Source: Hypanus sabinus
Taxonomy: Eukaryota
Direction of reading: 5' to 3'
DNA length: 64,000 bases
NCBI RefSeq assembly: GCF_030144855.1
Contig: NC_082731.1
Location: 22,444,001 to 22,508,000, forward strand
How positions within the stretch are numbered: position 1 is the stretch's first letter; the number at the start of each line of letters is the position of its first letter. The position numbers and the translations under genes are program-made. Positions 63,011 to 64,000 of the stretch are shown here, one piece after another. The notes under the pieces are model-generated. The model did not search any database, was not told the DNA's origin, and worked only from the letters and a program-made list of their open reading frames with translations.

Positions 63011-64000
63011 TGTATTCGCATTCGTCATCACCAACATGTGCTCTTGATTTCCGGTAACGACAATATCTCGTAATTCAGAAATGGCCTGTGAGCGTTGAGG
63101 ATTTTATGTGTACCTCTTCATATTGTCATACTTTTAATTGAAGTCGCTGGCGACGAGACGGCATGCACGATGATGCTTCATCATACGGTTAAATAGATTA
63201 AATAATAATACTTACCAAACCTGCACCACGATCTATGATTATGAAACTTCCTTCTGAAACATTCAGCAATCAGATAGTTTCGCCCAATATTTGAAAGCTG
63301 CCGATTGCGAATGCTATCAGTTGTAAGCTGGACGTGTAATATCGATGGCCGATGTAATTGTTCATTTAATTTTCTTCAGCGCTTCTGTTGTCCCAGCTCC
63401 CCGGATGCGTGCCTTAAAGACAAGTAAAGTCAAAGACAAGTTTGTCCTAATATATAAAAAATAAAGTTAAGTTCAGTTCATTTTAAAAAACTAGCAGCAG
63501 CATCACTGTCGCATCATGTAGACATCATTCAGAAATATAAACTCAAATTAAAAAGGCATTATGTACGTTTGTACCGGACTGAAGTCGGCTGGACTGAAAC
63601 AAAAAAATATATAATTGTAGTGCAACACTAATCAGAGTGGTTAAACTGTTGCTAATCTGTAGTGATTATGTTTTCCCGGACGGTATTCAATCTCTGGAAA
63701 CTATTATTTTTTGGAATTTATTTGAATACATGGCATAAACTGAGATTCTAATTCAAATAACTCTATAATGCAGTAGTGTGGAATAATATTCTTTGAACAC
63801 CGATATCTTTAATGAGAAGGGATGCGGCCGAGCGATGTGGGAGATTCGATGATAACAACTTTCTACGAAGGCCAGCACGTTGGGCACATGTAAAATTATG
63901 TAGGGCAGGGATAGAAAAATAGAAAACCTGCAGCGCAATACAGTACTTCAGCCCATAAAGCTCTGCTGAACATTTCCTTACCTGAGAAATTAACTAGGGT

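Noticed and set aside
1-64000. J, D or C segments, IgH-type V (TAILV) or NAR-TCR V genes
   Set aside because: No FGxG with 12-RSS, no C-domain exon and no convincing IgH/NAR V framework were found on either strand by eye.

Overview
Eukaryotic (vertebrate) genomic DNA, most likely from a cartilaginous fish. The V-gene style and the CR1, L1 and hairpin-SINE repertoire look batoid (ray-like); this is inference. The window is part of a T-cell receptor alpha/delta (TRA/TRD) V-segment array on the + strand. It holds one apparently functional V gene (12480-12934: leader exon, intron, V exon, RSS with 22-nt spacer), a second open V gene that has lost the invariant FR2 Trp (49136-49591, RSS with 23-nt spacer), and a truncated V pseudogene (about 54284-54470). 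The first two V genes sit at the 3' ends of two copies of an old tandem cassette (about 1-13230 and about 29545-49880; about 32% divergent in the one block counted by hand). Both copies share a decayed HERO-type RLE retrotransposon and a CR1 fragment. Most of the rest is nested transposable elements: three Gypsy-group LTR elements, a hAT with perfect TSD, a full-length L1 with TSD, CR1, Tc1, Rex1, SINEs and solo LTRs. One Gypsy element has Gmr1-type INT-before-RT order. Another has its RNaseH/integrase region replaced, in frame, by an intronless myosin-heavy-chain (MYH16-like) rod fragment; this is the most unusual observation in the window. Nearly all other ORFs in the supplied track are spurious or TE fragments. 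No prokaryotic systems, CRISPR arrays, rRNA or tRNA genes were seen. All alignments were made by eye and family assignments come from recalled consensus motifs, not database searches.
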